The notes: generated by a model not told the origin, from the letters alone. 64,000 bases of DNA from Octopus vulgaris (GCA_951406725.2 OX597818.1:43090001-43154000); one strand, 5' to 3'. Shown: positions 12,132-26,130, numbered from the stretch's first letter. Translations and numbers: made by a program.

Positions 12132-12451
12132 GTAAGCATCATATTTATTTTAATAAAATGTATTATTTCTTTGAAGAAAGAGAAATATTTCTGTATGACA
12201 TTTCTTGAAAAACCCTTAGAACATAACAAAGAAGAAAAAAAGAACAGAAAAGGAAAGAAAGCATATTGATATTTCTAATTGTTCACTGGTCAATGAATAT
12301 GTATATTCTGAAATGCCAAGTTATAAACCCAGCGAGCTGGCAGAAGTGTTAACACACTGGGCGAAATGCTTAGTGGTATTTCATCTGTCTTTACGTTCTG
12401 AGTTTAAATTCTGCCAAGGCTGACTTTGCCTTTCATCCTTTTGGGGTCAAT

Positions 12452-12899
12452 AAATTAAGTACCAGTTGCATACTGGGGTTGATCTAATCCATTGCCCTCC
12501 ACTCCAAAAAAATTTCGTGCCCTGTGCCTAGTGTAGAAAATAAATTAAGTCCCAGTTGTGTACTGGGGTCAATCTAATTGACTTGCCCCCTCCCCAATAA
12601 TTTCAGGCCCTGTGCCTAGTGTGGAAAAGAAATTAAGTACCAGTTGTGTACTGGGGTCAATCTAATTGACTGGCCCCCTCCCCAAAAATTTTGGGCCCTG
12701 TGCCTAGTGTGGAAAAGAAATTAAGTACCAGTTGTGTACTGGGGGTCAATCTAATTGACTGGCCCCCTCCCCCAAAATTTCAGGCCCTGTGTCTGGTGTA
12801 GAAAAGAAATTTAGTACCAGTTGTGTACTGGAGTCAATCTAATCGACTGCCCCCATCCTCCCCAAAAGTTTTGGGCCTTATGCCTAGAGTAGAAAAGAA
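12452..12899 (+). repeat. Tandem array of five 88-90 bp units derived from a SINE 3' end
   Basis: Units start at 12452, 12542, 12630, 12718 and 12807 (aaattaagtaccagttgtgtactggggtcaatctaa...). Confidence 0.9.
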
Positions 12900-15800
12900 T
12901 ATTTGTCTTTCAATGAAATGTTACTTATTTTGGCCTTTGAAATATTAGGAAATATAATATAACACTTTTGTTACCATATTTCTGTAGACATACACTGTCT
13001 TTGTTTTAATTACTTTTAAAAATAATGAAGAATTTAGTAAAATAATTTAGTCATTATTAAACTGGTATTTGAAACATAAATTAACATGAGATTTTGATGT
13101 TTGAATTAAAATCACTTTAAAATAGGTTGTTTGTATCATAAAACCAGGGGCAGTTTCAGGTGGGTTGGAATCAAAAGGGATAAAAACAGGATGCAACATG
13201 TAGAGCTACGCAATATTGGCTCCCCAGTGAACATATTTTGCTAAATAATAAGATTAAGGCCTACTTCCTTAAAAATTATTAAATATGCATTTTTTTTCTC
13301 ATTTTTTTCCTTTTCATTAATTACTTCCATTGTTTTGTGCTCTGTTTATTATTTTTTCTTATAATCTTAACAGCTGTTTCTCAAAAAGACATCATAATAC
13401 CTGATGAACTATTTATCTTTGTTTCTATTTTAAGTAGAATACCTTCTACTGTAAAATTTTTGTCTATAATTTATTTTCTAAAATATGCTAATTTTCATTC
13501 ATAATTCATTTGGTCATTTTTACAACTGTATTTTTTCCCCATGTTAGCATAAGTTAGACGTATATATTATTGAGGAATTGATTTTTTTACAGTGAGATGC
13601 TTTTCCTGTTGCTAACCATTACCTGTTTTTCAAATAAAGGGGTCCCTTATTCCACACTTCTTCAAAGGCACAAAGCTTTCAGATATGTTGACAGAGAAAA
13701 TTAATGTCACCACTTGTAGCTAGGAATTTTTGAAGTGTGGATGTTGATATACTTAGACACACATGCATGCACACACACATGCCCACACATGCATGTATGT
13801 ATTATGTGTATGGCAAGCCTCTTCCAGTTTCTGCCTATCAAATCCTCTCAAAGGCTTTGGTCAGCCCAGTTCTATAAAAAAAAGCATGCTTGTCCAAAGT
13901 GCTATGTAATAAAATTGAAACTGAAACCATGTGGTTTGAAAGCAAATTTCTCAATCACATAACAATGCTTGCACTTATAGCCATAGCGAATATATTTTCA
14001 GTAAACGTAGAGTATAGGACGACATGCCTTACATTCTGGGTTCAAATCTTGCCAAAGAGGGCTTCCCCTTTCATCTTTCTGAGAGGGAATAGCTGATGAA
14101 ATAATAGTTACCAGGGTTGGTGTAAGCATTGATCAAATGTTGAGTTGATGAAATAATTATCAGTTATGCATTGGGATTAATGAATTAAGTATTGTGAAAG
14201 TACATGGCCTAGTGGCTTGGGTATAGCACTCATGATTGCCAGATTGTGGGTTTGATTCCCTAATCAGGTAACATGTTAGTGTTCTTGAGCAAAACACTTC
14301 ATTTCATGTTGCTCTAGTGCTGTGTTGGGGCTGGCATATCAAAGAATAGACCCAGAATTTTCTCTGTGTGACATAGAAAGGTGACTAAAAGAGGCAGAGG
14401 TAGGATTTGCACTCCAACCTTGTAAAACCCTTGGCAGTAACTACTGCCCAAACAGACCCATGTGTTGGAGGGTTGTTGTCTGAGTGGTACAAAAGTGCCA
14501 TCCACCAGGAGTAGTGAATCACCAACAAATGGTGGGTGAAGCAATACGCTGTTACAGGGCATGGCTCCATACTACTATTACTACTGTGAGTATTGGGATT
14601 GATGAAGTAAACATCAGTCAATGATTTTCTCATCACTGCATCACTAAGATGTTGAAGTATGCTTTTCAGAAGAAGACTAATATGATTAAAATATGTCTGG
14701 AGTTTCTCTTGTACTTGTTGGAAAAAATAAAAATAACATTAGTCATTGACTAATATTGTTTTTTTCTCACTGCAAGTTTCTTTAATGCTTTCTGCATCAA
14801 CTATAGTAACTTGACTGTTGCTTTCTATACATCACTAAGTAATTTCCATTGCATCACTGAGTAAGTTCTCTTAGTAATTTATATTCTAAGAACGGTGAAA
14901 GCAAGTTGAAAATTTAAATTTCCTTTCTGTTTAAAATAATGTCTCTTTCGAAAGAGACATTATTTTATCTCAATCTTGATAAAAGACATTGTAAAACTAA
15001 TATTTTTACTTTATTTTCATTATTTTTTCCTTCTTTAAAACTCTAAATGGGCAAAGATAAATCTAGAAGCATTCGTGTAAGAATACTTCCCAATCTAGGT
15101 TTTACATTTTGCAAAACATCCTCAAAGAATTTCTCTTCTTGCCACCCATTATTTGATTGTCTTTGGTTTTTAACTCTTTCAATACCAACTTGCCTGACAT
15201 CACCCATAGTTCTACAAGACAAACTACCTGTTTTAAAGTGATTCAAATTAAAATCTTCCATCAGAACTGCTTGTTAATTTGTTCCAAGCATGAGCTTGAT
15301 AACAAAGTTAGTTTAGAAAATTCTTCCTTATTTTCAAAATTAATTGAAACAAAGCAGTGCATTTCAGAAAAAATTTGGTAACAAAAGGGTGCAGCATGAA
15401 GTTAGTTCTTAAATCATTTCAAGTGAAATTATTAGAAGTTTCTCTCTTCTATAATTTAGAAAATTTGAGAACTGTTTAGTCTCTTATAAACATGATTTTG
15501 TTCAACATTAGAAAATATATTATTTTTGATGTTGTTGGGAGTAACAATTACTTGTTTTAGACAAATCATTTTTAACTGTGGAACTTGAAGAACATAAAGC
15601 ATGTAAAAAAAAAAACACTTAGATAGAAAAAAGTCAGAGGTTGCCCATTGGACCTGAATTTGTATCTTCTAAAATCATAACAGATATTTTACCATGTACC
15701 AAAGCAATCCTTTGAATTTCTCCAGCCATTTTAAAAGCTTTGTTCTTACTTGCAAGAATTGTATGCTGTGGGCAGCCTTCAACTTCTTCAATCCAAGGGG

Positions 15801-18456
15801 CTTTTTAATCTAATATTTACATGCTATTATTTATAGCCTTATCTACTTTGAATTTAACTGTTAAAAATGATTTACTTCATGTCTCCCAAATATTCTAAAT
15901 TCTTATGATATAGACTCATTTTAACAACCTGCTTATCCTGCTTCAGTTATGGAGCTATTGAAATGGAGTTAATTAAATTTGAATGTTATTTCATAAATGT
16001 AAATCAGAGTGTGGCATTACAAATAATTATTTATAGTGCAGAAAATATGAAATATGTAGAATAGTTGATGAAACATATCACAGCATATACTCATAGACTC
16101 ATAGTATATCCTCTGATATTGCTCTGTTAATGAAGGCAGCCATAGGATATGAAATTCACATTATTCACTGATTTTTCCATGCATTACTATCATCATTCTC
16201 CCTATCCAGCCATGTACGACCATCAAAAAATATTTAATATTATTTTTATCTTATTTGTTTGCTTGTTTGATCTCTTTAGTGTTCATTCTAGTATCTCAGA
16301 AATTACTGAAGCTTGGAAACCGAAAATTTTAATCAATGATTACTAAATTTTTTTTTTAATCAAGTTGTCTAGAAATCAAGTATATTACTCAGTATTATTC
16401 AACATGATATATGCTCACAGTTTATAAGAAACACAAAACCTGCTACAAAGAAAAGAAAATTGCAATAAAAGATTATATTCCCACACATTGCAACACAGTT
16501 TCTTTCAAGTGTTAGTGGCCACAGTATTTAGTAATGCAAAATCTACCCAAATACTGATCATATATACAAACAAAATATATTTCTTTTTCTTTTCTTTCAT
16601 TAACTTCTTAGTTTGTAATTGGATCAAATATTTTTTTTATTATGTAAGGGAATAGGAAAGGGACATACACCAATCATACTTTTACTTGAGTTAGATTTGT
16701 TTTCACATAAATATGACAAACTTAAGTTTGCATGTCCTGTTGCTATTTAACAGTTTTGGGAGTATACAGTGAAGGTGGCAAATATAATAGAAAGCTGAAT
16801 TGAGTAAAATATTCTTTTCTACTCTAGGCACAAGGCCTGAAATTTTTGGGGAGGAGGCCAGTCGATTAGATCAACCCCAATATGCAACTGGTACTTAATT
16901 TATTGACCCTAAAAGGATGAAAGGCAAATTCAACCTCAACAGAGTTTGAACTCAGAACATAAAGACAGATGAAATACTGCTAAGTATTTTGCCCAGCATG
17001 CTAAAGTTCCTTATTTCTTTACTGCCCACAAGGAGCTACACATAGAAGGGACAAACAAGGACAGACAAAGGGATTAAGTCGATTATATCGACCCCAGTGA
17101 GTAGCTGGTACTTATTTAATCGATCCCGAAAGGATGAAAGGTAAAGTTGACCTCGGCGGAATTTGAACTCAGAACATAGTGGCAGACGAAATATCGCTAA
17201 GCATTTCGCCCGGCATGCTAACGTTTCTGCCAGCTCGCTGCCTTTGAATTGAGTAAAATATTATTATATCCAGCTTTGTGCCTTGTTCTGAGTTCAAATC
17301 TTACTGGTGTTGAATTTACTTTTCACCCTTCAAAGTTGATAAACTAAATACCAGTAATAGACTGGAGTTGATATATATTAACTACATCTCCTCACCTCAC
17401 AGAACTGATCTTGTGATTATTCCAAAGTAATCATTATTATAGCATTATTATAGTATGATATAACTCATTAATAATAATTATTAGAGAATATGCTGAAATT
17501 ACTTTGAGGTTAATTCAACAGCTATTATTCCTAACCATCAAATAGAATTGTTCTTATGGTTTGTCAAAAGAAATCAATACAACATGTTCTAGTTGGTTAA
17601 TTATACAATTGTTATTAATAATATATTTATTTCTAACATTGGTACAAGTTTTGAGCAGAGAGGAACCGCTGCCACCCACTGCCCTATCCTCATTAATAAT
17701 ATATTAGTAATGATGTAAACAGCAGAGAACCAAATTGGATCTGTTACAGTATCCCAGTTTGTTGTGTATTGTATTTCCAAGTTCAAAGGCCACCAAGCTT
17801 GACTTTTCGTTTCATTTTCTCTCAGTAAAAAAATTATATGAATAATATAAGGCTGGAAATGTCTGGTAGCTTTTTATCTTGTTGTGACAGCATCATTGAT
17901 TGTTTTGTGTTGATTTAAGGGTGTCACGTGTATGTCTGCTGAACAGAATCTATCATGCTTCTGTTACTTTTTGGCCATAAATAGATACTAGAGGAGCAAA
18001 GCAGAAATGAAATAGCACAGTTAGGATTTGAAACCATGTTGCTAATTCAGCTTACCAGAATCATGTCTCTGGCATTGTTCATCAGTAGCCTGCATTCCTT
18101 GCATCTATTAGAGTACACAGACATACTTAGTGGTGCTGTGGGTTTATAGAAGATGTCTGCTTTAATAGTTTAGTCTGAGTATGTACTGTTGTGAAATATT
18201 TTAATATATTTTAATATTTTAATTTCAATTTCTATGTATTAATTATATTTTCTTTATTAATGACAATATGTATTTTAACCAAAGATTCGATTTAAGGTTT
18301 TTCCTTGACTTTTATAATTTTATATTTTATATTGAACTCATTTTTATTTATCACTTGCATATGACCGTTATTTGAAAGGACCAATCAAACAAGTTCATTT
18401 TTAAAGTTGTAACGTTTATACTAGTCTTGATAGAATTGTCATATCGGTTCTATTTT

Positions 18457-18509
18457 AACAAAACTGTCCGATGAACGGGAACGTGAAACTCCGAGTAACA
18501 GGTTTTGTT
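18457..18509 (+). ncRNA. Minimal type I hammerhead ribozyme motif with U4-to-C core change, predicted site GUA at 18497
   Basis: AACAAAACUGU-CCGAUGA-ACG ggaa CGU-GAA-ACUC c GAGU-A-ACAGgUUUUGUU. Stem I has 11 bp with one bulged G. Confidence 0.7.
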
Positions 18510-18603
18510 GAATTTCTGCTGCTTTTAAATAAAGCATATTACTCTACCCCTGGTATTTGAGTACTCTTTTTTCCACCTTGTTTCACATTTATGTGTTTAC
18601 TCC

Positions 18604-18658
<55 letters not shown>

Positions 18659-19089
18659 CTCTTTCAAATGCAGTCACTATATGCATGACTGCCACTCCTG
18701 TGTGTGGGCCTGTTTAGCTACAGTAGATGCTGCACCACCATCAGCAGCAGACACAATTTCTTTGGGCAGAGATTCATGGCCTCTCGAGACTGACAGATGC
18801 CTGCTATATATGCATATACCACTCTCCATACCGGCATCGGCTAGACAGTTTAACTGGAGTTGATGAGCTGGAAGGCTGCACCAGGTTCCAGTCTGATTTG
18901 GCATGGTTTCTATAGCTGGATGCTCTTCCTGATGCCAACCACTTCCGGGGTGTAATGGGTTTTTTTACTTGCCACTGGTGCCACTTACATGACACTGGCA
19001 ATGACCACATCTATGATTCATGGATGCCATTTACATGGCACTGGCAACAACTACAACTATGTTGCACAGGTGTCATTTACAAATATATA

Positions 19090-21110
19090 TACATATATAT
19101 ATTTATATGGGGAGAATAAGAAGAAAAAAAGCGAAAATGCACATTGGATATAAAAAAAAATAATGGCTTTTTTATGAAAAGTAATGATAAATCTATACAA
19201 TTTGATGAACTGAGGTAGAATTAAGAGGAATAAAAGTAATTATTTTGAATTGTTAAAGAGATTAAAAGTCATACCGGTATCATCAAACACTGTTCACTGG
19301 CTTTGAATGAGCACCTATTTCCAAACTGTGTCGGGTCTACTAGTTCCTGAGTAAAACGATTATGTGTAAGGGAGGTAAGTAGTTTTGGACATGGTGCAAT
19401 TAGGGTAGATATAATACATTAATATGAATTGTTTATGGGATGTATGGGAGTTAGTGGCATTATTGGTAAGGTTAGTAATGTTCTGTATTATGTTGTGGAT
19501 GATATTTATTGATGAAAGTTGCCACTTTGTTCATTCTTCGCTGTACTGAGGTGTTCTGTGAACATTGATAGAAGGGGAAAATTAGGAAGTTAGGATTAAG
19601 GCTCCTAGCACACCTTTCAATGTGTTTACTGACCTGTATCTGTCTGTATTGTGGTTGGCAGATTTGTTCTTTGTGAAGAGTGGTTCTTCAACAGAGTGAT
19701 ATTCCTGTTTGGCCAACATGTTGATTGCCACACCCTAAGCAGGTAATGGCGTAGATAAGGTTTTCCGAGGCACAGGTGAAATTTGATTTAATCTAAAATA
19801 TTTTGCCTTGTTTAAAGTGGAACTCTGTACCTTCCGAAAGGTGGGGGCATGTGCCACAGTTAGGCCGACCGCATTTTTTCACTTTTGGTTCCATTGTTAA
19901 TGGATATAGTCTTGCGTTAGTTAATATTTTTTTCAATGATTTCGGTTGCATTTTGTTCTTGATAATTTTGTGTGAGCCTAAAATTTTGTTCATTATTTTA
20001 TCTCCTGTGAGAATGGGTAGATTTTGGTTGATAATGTTGAATGGCTTCATTGTTTCTAGGGTTATGTGTGGAGATGTATGGGAGTATTTTTAAGTCTGGT
20101 GTAGTATTTCGGTTGACTTCCCTTAATGTTCATATGTCTATTTCCTTTGCTTGTTTAATTCCATCATTTATTAATGATGTTGAGTAATGTCTCTTGATTA
20201 GTATTGATCTGAGTTCAAGGAGTCTTCATTCATGGGTATTGATGCCTGAAACTATGGTACAGATTCTTTTCACCAGATTATAAGGTATATTAATTTTTAT
20301 GTGCTTGGGGTGGCATGAGTTGAATAATAGGTATTGTTTTGGATCTGTGGGTTTATAGAAAATGTCCGTTTTGATGTGGTTATTAACTATTTTAATTATG
20401 ATGTCAAGAAAAGGGAGTTGTTTATTGCTGTGTTCCATGCTGAATTGTATGTTGCTATTGATATTGTTGATTATTATTTTGAAATTGAGGTGTTTGTCCA
20501 TGCTATCTTTCCAAAGTATAAAGCAATCTTCTAAATACCTCTTCCAGTTCTCCTTTAAATAGCAATGAAATGAGGTGCCATATTTTTGTAGTGATGATTG
20601 GTATATTTTAAGTTCTGGGTAACCCATTACAAGGTTCGCAATCACTGGGGCAGCTCGAGTTCCCATTGCAATTCCACATTTTTGTCAATAGTAAACTGTA
20701 TCGAACATGAAATAGTTGTTCAGTTGGATGAATTTCAGTGCTGTGAATATCAATCTGTGGTGGATGTGTCCTGGGATCTGTTCTGGGTATGTTTCTAGTC
20801 AAAAGGTGATTGCTTCTATACCATAATCATGTATGATATTGGTGTACAAGTTCACATTGAATGATACTAACAGGGTTCCTTTATTTATTCTCTTCAGGAA
20901 GTGGTTAAGCATGTCTAAGTCATCCCTGATGAAGCTTTTCACATATTTTAGAAATTGTTTGAGTAGGATGTCGAGGAAATTGCTCAAACGGTGGGTTTCA
21001 CAAGCAGGGCCAGCAATGATGGGTCTTAGTTTGAGGTTAGTAGTGGGAGGAACATTAATGCATAGGCTTGGAGAATCTTCGCAAGCTTTACCGATATGTC
21101 GATTATGATG
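19090..21110 (-). mobile_element. Degenerate 5'-truncated Penelope-like retroelement (RT + GIY-YIG endonuclease)
   Basis: Frameshifted ORFs give LRPIIAG, SFNV-NLYTNI, MGTRAAPVIANL, WKRYLEDCF (YxDD box), LPFLDI, IFYKPT, SCHPKH, then CGRPNCGTC and NLIYAITC...HVGQT (GIY-YIG). Confidence 0.9.
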
Positions 21111-22290
21111 GTTGTCTACTCCTTGTGCAGAGTTTCACCACCTCCTGTACCTACATCCTAGAACCATCATGGCATTTGATATGGATTTTTAAACCAGACA
21201 ATGTTTTGAAAAAACACCTACATAGATTGGAATACAGGAGGATTAGTTAATTATGATTTTATTCAACATATTCTGCTCCCAGATTCACACACTTATTGCA
21301 ATAGTCCTTCAGTTTTTCTAAGTCTTGTTAAAGAACTTGGAAGGTTGGACCTTCAACCAGGCCTTTTGCAATACCCTTAGAACCAGGAACTTTTCAGCCC
21401 CTCCCCCCTCGCACTCACACACAACGATGGGCTTCATGCAGTTTCCATGTATCAAATACACTCAGAAAGTTTTGATCAGCTCAGGGCTATAGTTAAAGAC
21501 ACTTGCCCAAAGTGCCACGAAGAGGAACAGAACCCAAATCCATGTGGTTGGGAAGCAGACTTACCATGTAGCCATGCCTGCACCTCCTCTTTGATAAACA
21601 AATTATTTTGTTGAATCTCTTTCTTTAATTCCTTCCCTCCATTTTCCTCACTTTATCTTTCCACTTCTTTCACCAGTTGTTCTAACTTCTGTTACTTTAC
21701 TGTCTCCTCTATCTACTCCTCTGCCTTCTTCCTTCAATACTCTTCATTTCCCTCTTACTCTCATCCTTTTCTTTTCTATCTATACCTTTCGATATCTATT
21801 TTTCTCTACTCTTCCAATTTTTGTAATTACTCCTCTCCCTCTCTTGCTTTTTTATTCCTTTTATTTTTCTCTTGTGTTATTCTCTCCTGTCTCTTTCTTA
21901 TTTACTTCATCCAAGACTCTTCTAATTTCTAAAACCTGAGCTACAAAATAATTCTTTTGATTGAAATTTCTGCATAATTTCCATAATTAATTTGCTAAAT
22001 ATCTTTATACTTCTCATTGAAAAAAAATTTAACTAAAAACCTTAAGTAATTTTTTTTTAATGAAAGAAAAAACTGTTGTCACGCGAGTCTACTCCAGTTT
22101 CTTATTTTATTGACATTAGAAAGCCAAATTGCTGAAAATTAACCCCACTAATATTTGAACATTGAAACATGAGCCACTAAACTAGACACCTTAATGCATC
22201 CTTGTCTAATATTTTACCATCAGTGAAGATTTTGAATTATAATTTTCAGTCATCATAATAATTAATAATGATTGTTTCATCTTTTTTAAG

Positions 22291-22355
22291 GATGCCTGTT
22301 GTAACACTATTGGCTCACATAGGATTTTTCCTGGTCTACGATATTGATTGCCCTG
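22291..22355 (+). CDS. Host gene exon F (W-MPVVTLLAHIGFFLVYDIDCP-E)
   Basis: ttttttaag acceptor, gtgagt donor, 65 nt, phase 2/1. It completes TG+G (Trp) from exon E and G+AG (Glu) with exon G. Confidence 0.85.
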
Positions 22356-23010
22356 GTGAGTAATGTAATTTTAATAATTTTCTTCATGCTTATCATCATC
22401 ATTGTCATCATCGCTAACATCATTTTCATGTTGAAGTCTATTTTTCCAAGATAGCATGGATTGAAGATTAATAATATGGATTGAAGATCCATGGTACAGA
22501 AAGTTATGTTTTGATCCTATAGCATACATTATTTTGTCTGTAAGGATCAATGTTCTCATGTATGACTTATTTCTTCCCAAAACTTCCTTTATTTACTACT
22601 TCTACAGGTATTCTCTAAAACGAACTCACAGCACAGTTTCACTCAATACACATCATTTCTTCACATTGCATATCTGTGTCAGCACAGTCTTACAATCATA
22701 GTTAACATCACCTTCTAAACTTAGATTCAACTCAAGAGAATACAAAAAGTGATAAATTCTGAGAAACCCTTATTCAAATTAAATTTTCATTCTATTTCTT
22801 TTTATTGAAGAGTAAACTGGAATTGAGTGGTAAATATGTGAGTACATAATTTGAAAGATGTTAGGAAGATACATTGGGTGAATGATGGCAGAATCAATAG
22901 AGCATTAAACAAGATACTGTGTCTCCTTGCTTTCTGAATTCAAATCTTACTCAGATTGATTTTGCCTAGATTAATAAAACGAGTACTGGCTAAGTATTAG
23001 TGGTCTGTAT

Positions 23011-23265
23011 CAGTGGTATTGAACCATTTTTTAACCTATGGACCCCTTTGATTCCTATTTTACTCATGTGGACCCTTGCAGCCATTCAATTTTTTTTTTA
23101 AAGTCCTATTTTATTTTTATTTAATATTATTAAGAATTGTATAAAAAATTGTTAAAATATTTTTGTGTATTGTAAACGTATAACCAATTTATTGCTCATA
23201 AATTTTTACAACGAAATTTTATATGCAACCCCAAGGGTCATGTAGACCCTTATTGAGAACCACTG
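23011..23265. mobile_element. hAT-type MITE with 8-bp TSD
   Basis: Termini cagtggt...accactg. Exact TSD gtctgtat at 23003-23010 and 23266-23273. Confidence 0.8.
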
Positions 23266-24353
23266 GTCTGTATAATCCAACTTTTTCTTTGAAGGTAATG
23301 TCTTTGCATGACCATAGTCCAATATTTGGAACCAATGAAAGAATGTATGACTAAACTGTAGACTTTCTCTTTTCATAGCTCTGTCAATACTTGGCTTAAA
23401 ATTATTAACATGCACCTGCATTCAGTTATTTATTCAATATTTTATCTTCTTTAACTCTGTCTCATTAAATATGATATTTGAAGTAGATTTTAACATGGTG
23501 GTAATAGTTAGAATTTGGTGATATTGCTTACATTGCTAATACCTTTGGGCAAGAAAAACTCATTAATATTTCAATTTTTCCTTCTATAAATTCCAAATCT
23601 TACACCTTTATAAAAAATGGATATTAGTTTGATGTCATGTAGTGTTATTAGTTAGGATTTAGAAGTAGACAAGATTAAATTTGGTGTATAGTGTAGCCTT
23701 TCAAAGTAAACATTTGTAATTAATTAGGTTCTATAGCATAGAATAAAGACAGGACATAGCTTTGTTGATAGCTGTTACTAAGTTCTTTTGTTATTTGCTG
23801 AAGGATTCAGTGGGCTGCAAACTGGCTAAATGTCATTGAGTCTACTTTTATTATTACTTTTTGTAGGAGCAAAAACGTGTTTTTATTTCTGTTGTTGTCC
23901 TTGTTGTTTTTGTATTTTATACTTTGTATATTTTTGTTTTTGTGTTGGCAAATCATCTCTTCTGATCATTTGTAAGTTTTGTTTTAGCTGCATTTTTATA
24001 TTCTGTGTTTTAAAAATGTTTGTTCTGTGTTGTTGCTGAACTGACCAGGATCCTGAGTAACTGGTCACTTGTTTTGTCCTCATCCTTTAAGGTGGAATTT
24101 GTTAATTTTTTTTTCTGAAATTTACTCATTAAAAAAACAAAAAAAAAAACGATGTTGAAATTTTCCAAAGAATACTGTAGAGAATACTATAGGTGCAAGA
24201 GTGGCTGTGTGGTAAGTAGCTTGCTTACCAACCACATGGTTCCGGGTTCATTCCCACTGCATGGCACCTTGGGCAAGTGTCTTCTACTATAGCCTTGGGC
24301 TGACCAAAGCCTTGTGAATGGATTTGGTAGACGGAAATTGAAAGAAGCCTGTC

Positions 24354-24399
<46 letters not shown>

Positions 24400-25819
24400 G
24401 TGTGTATGTTTGTGTGTCTGTATTTGTTCCTACAACATCGCTTGACAACCGATGATGGTGTGTTTACATCCCCCGTAACTTAACGGTTTGGCAAAAGAAC
24501 CTATAGGATAAGTACTAGGTTTACAAAGAATAAGTCCTGGGGTCGATTTGCTCAACTAAAGGAGGTGCTCCAGTATGGCCACTGTCAAATGACTGAAACA
24601 AGTAAAAGAGGAGTAGCAGCACACCTACAAATACTGTCAATACAAACACCACTACCACCACCACCACCACCACCACTGACATTAACATCATTAATAGCAC
24701 CAACACTATGGCTAGCAAACAACAGTTTTACTAATACTGTTTAAATGTGACCATCAGTTTTTACTAATACTGTTTAAATGTGACCATCAGTTTTTTTATT
24801 GCCACAAGATTTGAAAAATGCGAAATATTTATTTCATAAGCATAGAAGAACAGTATCCTTAAGCATATTGCAACAGGTCCAAGAGGTCACTCAAAAAATG
24901 TATTACATGTTATATATGTAAGTGGAGCAAGTGATGTAGGACCAAATTTTGAAGTGTCTTAAATCAATCTGAAACAGCAAAACATATGTTGCTCAAGGAA
25001 AAATGTTTGGCATGGTAGAGGTGAGCTTTCTGATGATAGATGAAGTCAGGAAATACTCTGTAACACTTGCTAAAGAATGACAAACTGGTCCTTAAAAATA
25101 AAGGTGGTCAATGTGTCACCAGAAATAGATACATGCTGGTTACCAGTGGCTGCTTTTGTTTGACAAAATGTAACAAACTTATTGCAAGGCTAAAGGCTGC
25201 AAAAGAAAAATTAGTGGCATTTCTTCTGGCTTCACATTCTGAGTTCAAATTCCGTTGGAGTCAACATTACCTTTCTTCCTTTCAAGGTTGATAAAATAAG
25301 GTGGCAAGCTGGCAGAAACGTTAGTACACCAGGTGAAATGCTTAATGGTATATCGTATGTCTTTATGTTCTGAGTTCAAATTCCGCCTAGGTCGACTTTG
25401 TGTTTCATCCTTTCGGGGTCGATAAATTAAGTACCAGTTGTGTACTGGGGGGCTGACCTAATCGACTGGCTCCCTCCCCCAAAATTCCGGGCCTTGTGCC
25501 TAGAGTAGAAAAGAAAATAAGTGGCAGCTGAGCACAGGGGTCGATGTAATCAACTTACTCCCTTTCCTGAAATTGCTGACCTTGTGCCAAAATTTCAGAC
25601 CATTATCATTTTTAATTTATATCATTATTATTATTATTATAATGAGCTGGCAGAGTTGCTAGCACCCTAGATGAACTGCTTAACAATATTTCGCCTATTG
25701 CTACATTCTGAGTTCAAATTTCACCGAGGTTGACTTTACCTTTCGGGGTGTTAATTTGATGTAATTGACTAGTCCTCTCCCACGAAATTTCAGGCTTTGT
25801 GCCTATAATAGAAAGGATT

Positions 25820-26130
25820 ATTATTTTCGCAACAAGAACCTCAGGCAGACAGTATACATGCAGTTCCAAGTGATGCCAACTTTTGCAATACATCTAGATT
25901 GTAGGGTATTTCTAAGGTTTGCAGATGTTTTCTCAGATTGGGTGGCATTGAACCCAATGCTCCGATGACAATAGGGATAACCTTTATATTTGACTTTCGT
26001 AGCTGCCACATCTTAGCAATCTCAGTTTTCAAGTCTCCATATTTATTAACCTTTTCTCTTTCGTTCATGATGATATGTTGATCTCTTGGCATTGCCACGG
26101 CAATTATTAGGCACTCTTGTTTGTCCCAGC
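25820..26130 (-). mobile_element. Fragment of an R4/Dong-type LINE restriction-like endonuclease C-terminus
   Basis: EREKVNKYGDLKTEIAKMW...VIPIVIGALG...LQKLASLGTACIL is homologous to the end of ORF 27090-28310. Confidence 0.75.

Noticed and set aside
12452-12899. Regularly spaced repeats resembling a CRISPR array
   Set aside because: Whole units are homologous with no unique spacers, they derive from a SINE tail, the context is a eukaryotic intron, and there are no cas genes.
24723-24794. Short tandem duplication (also 54860-55070)
   Set aside because: Ordinary local duplications with no further structure.
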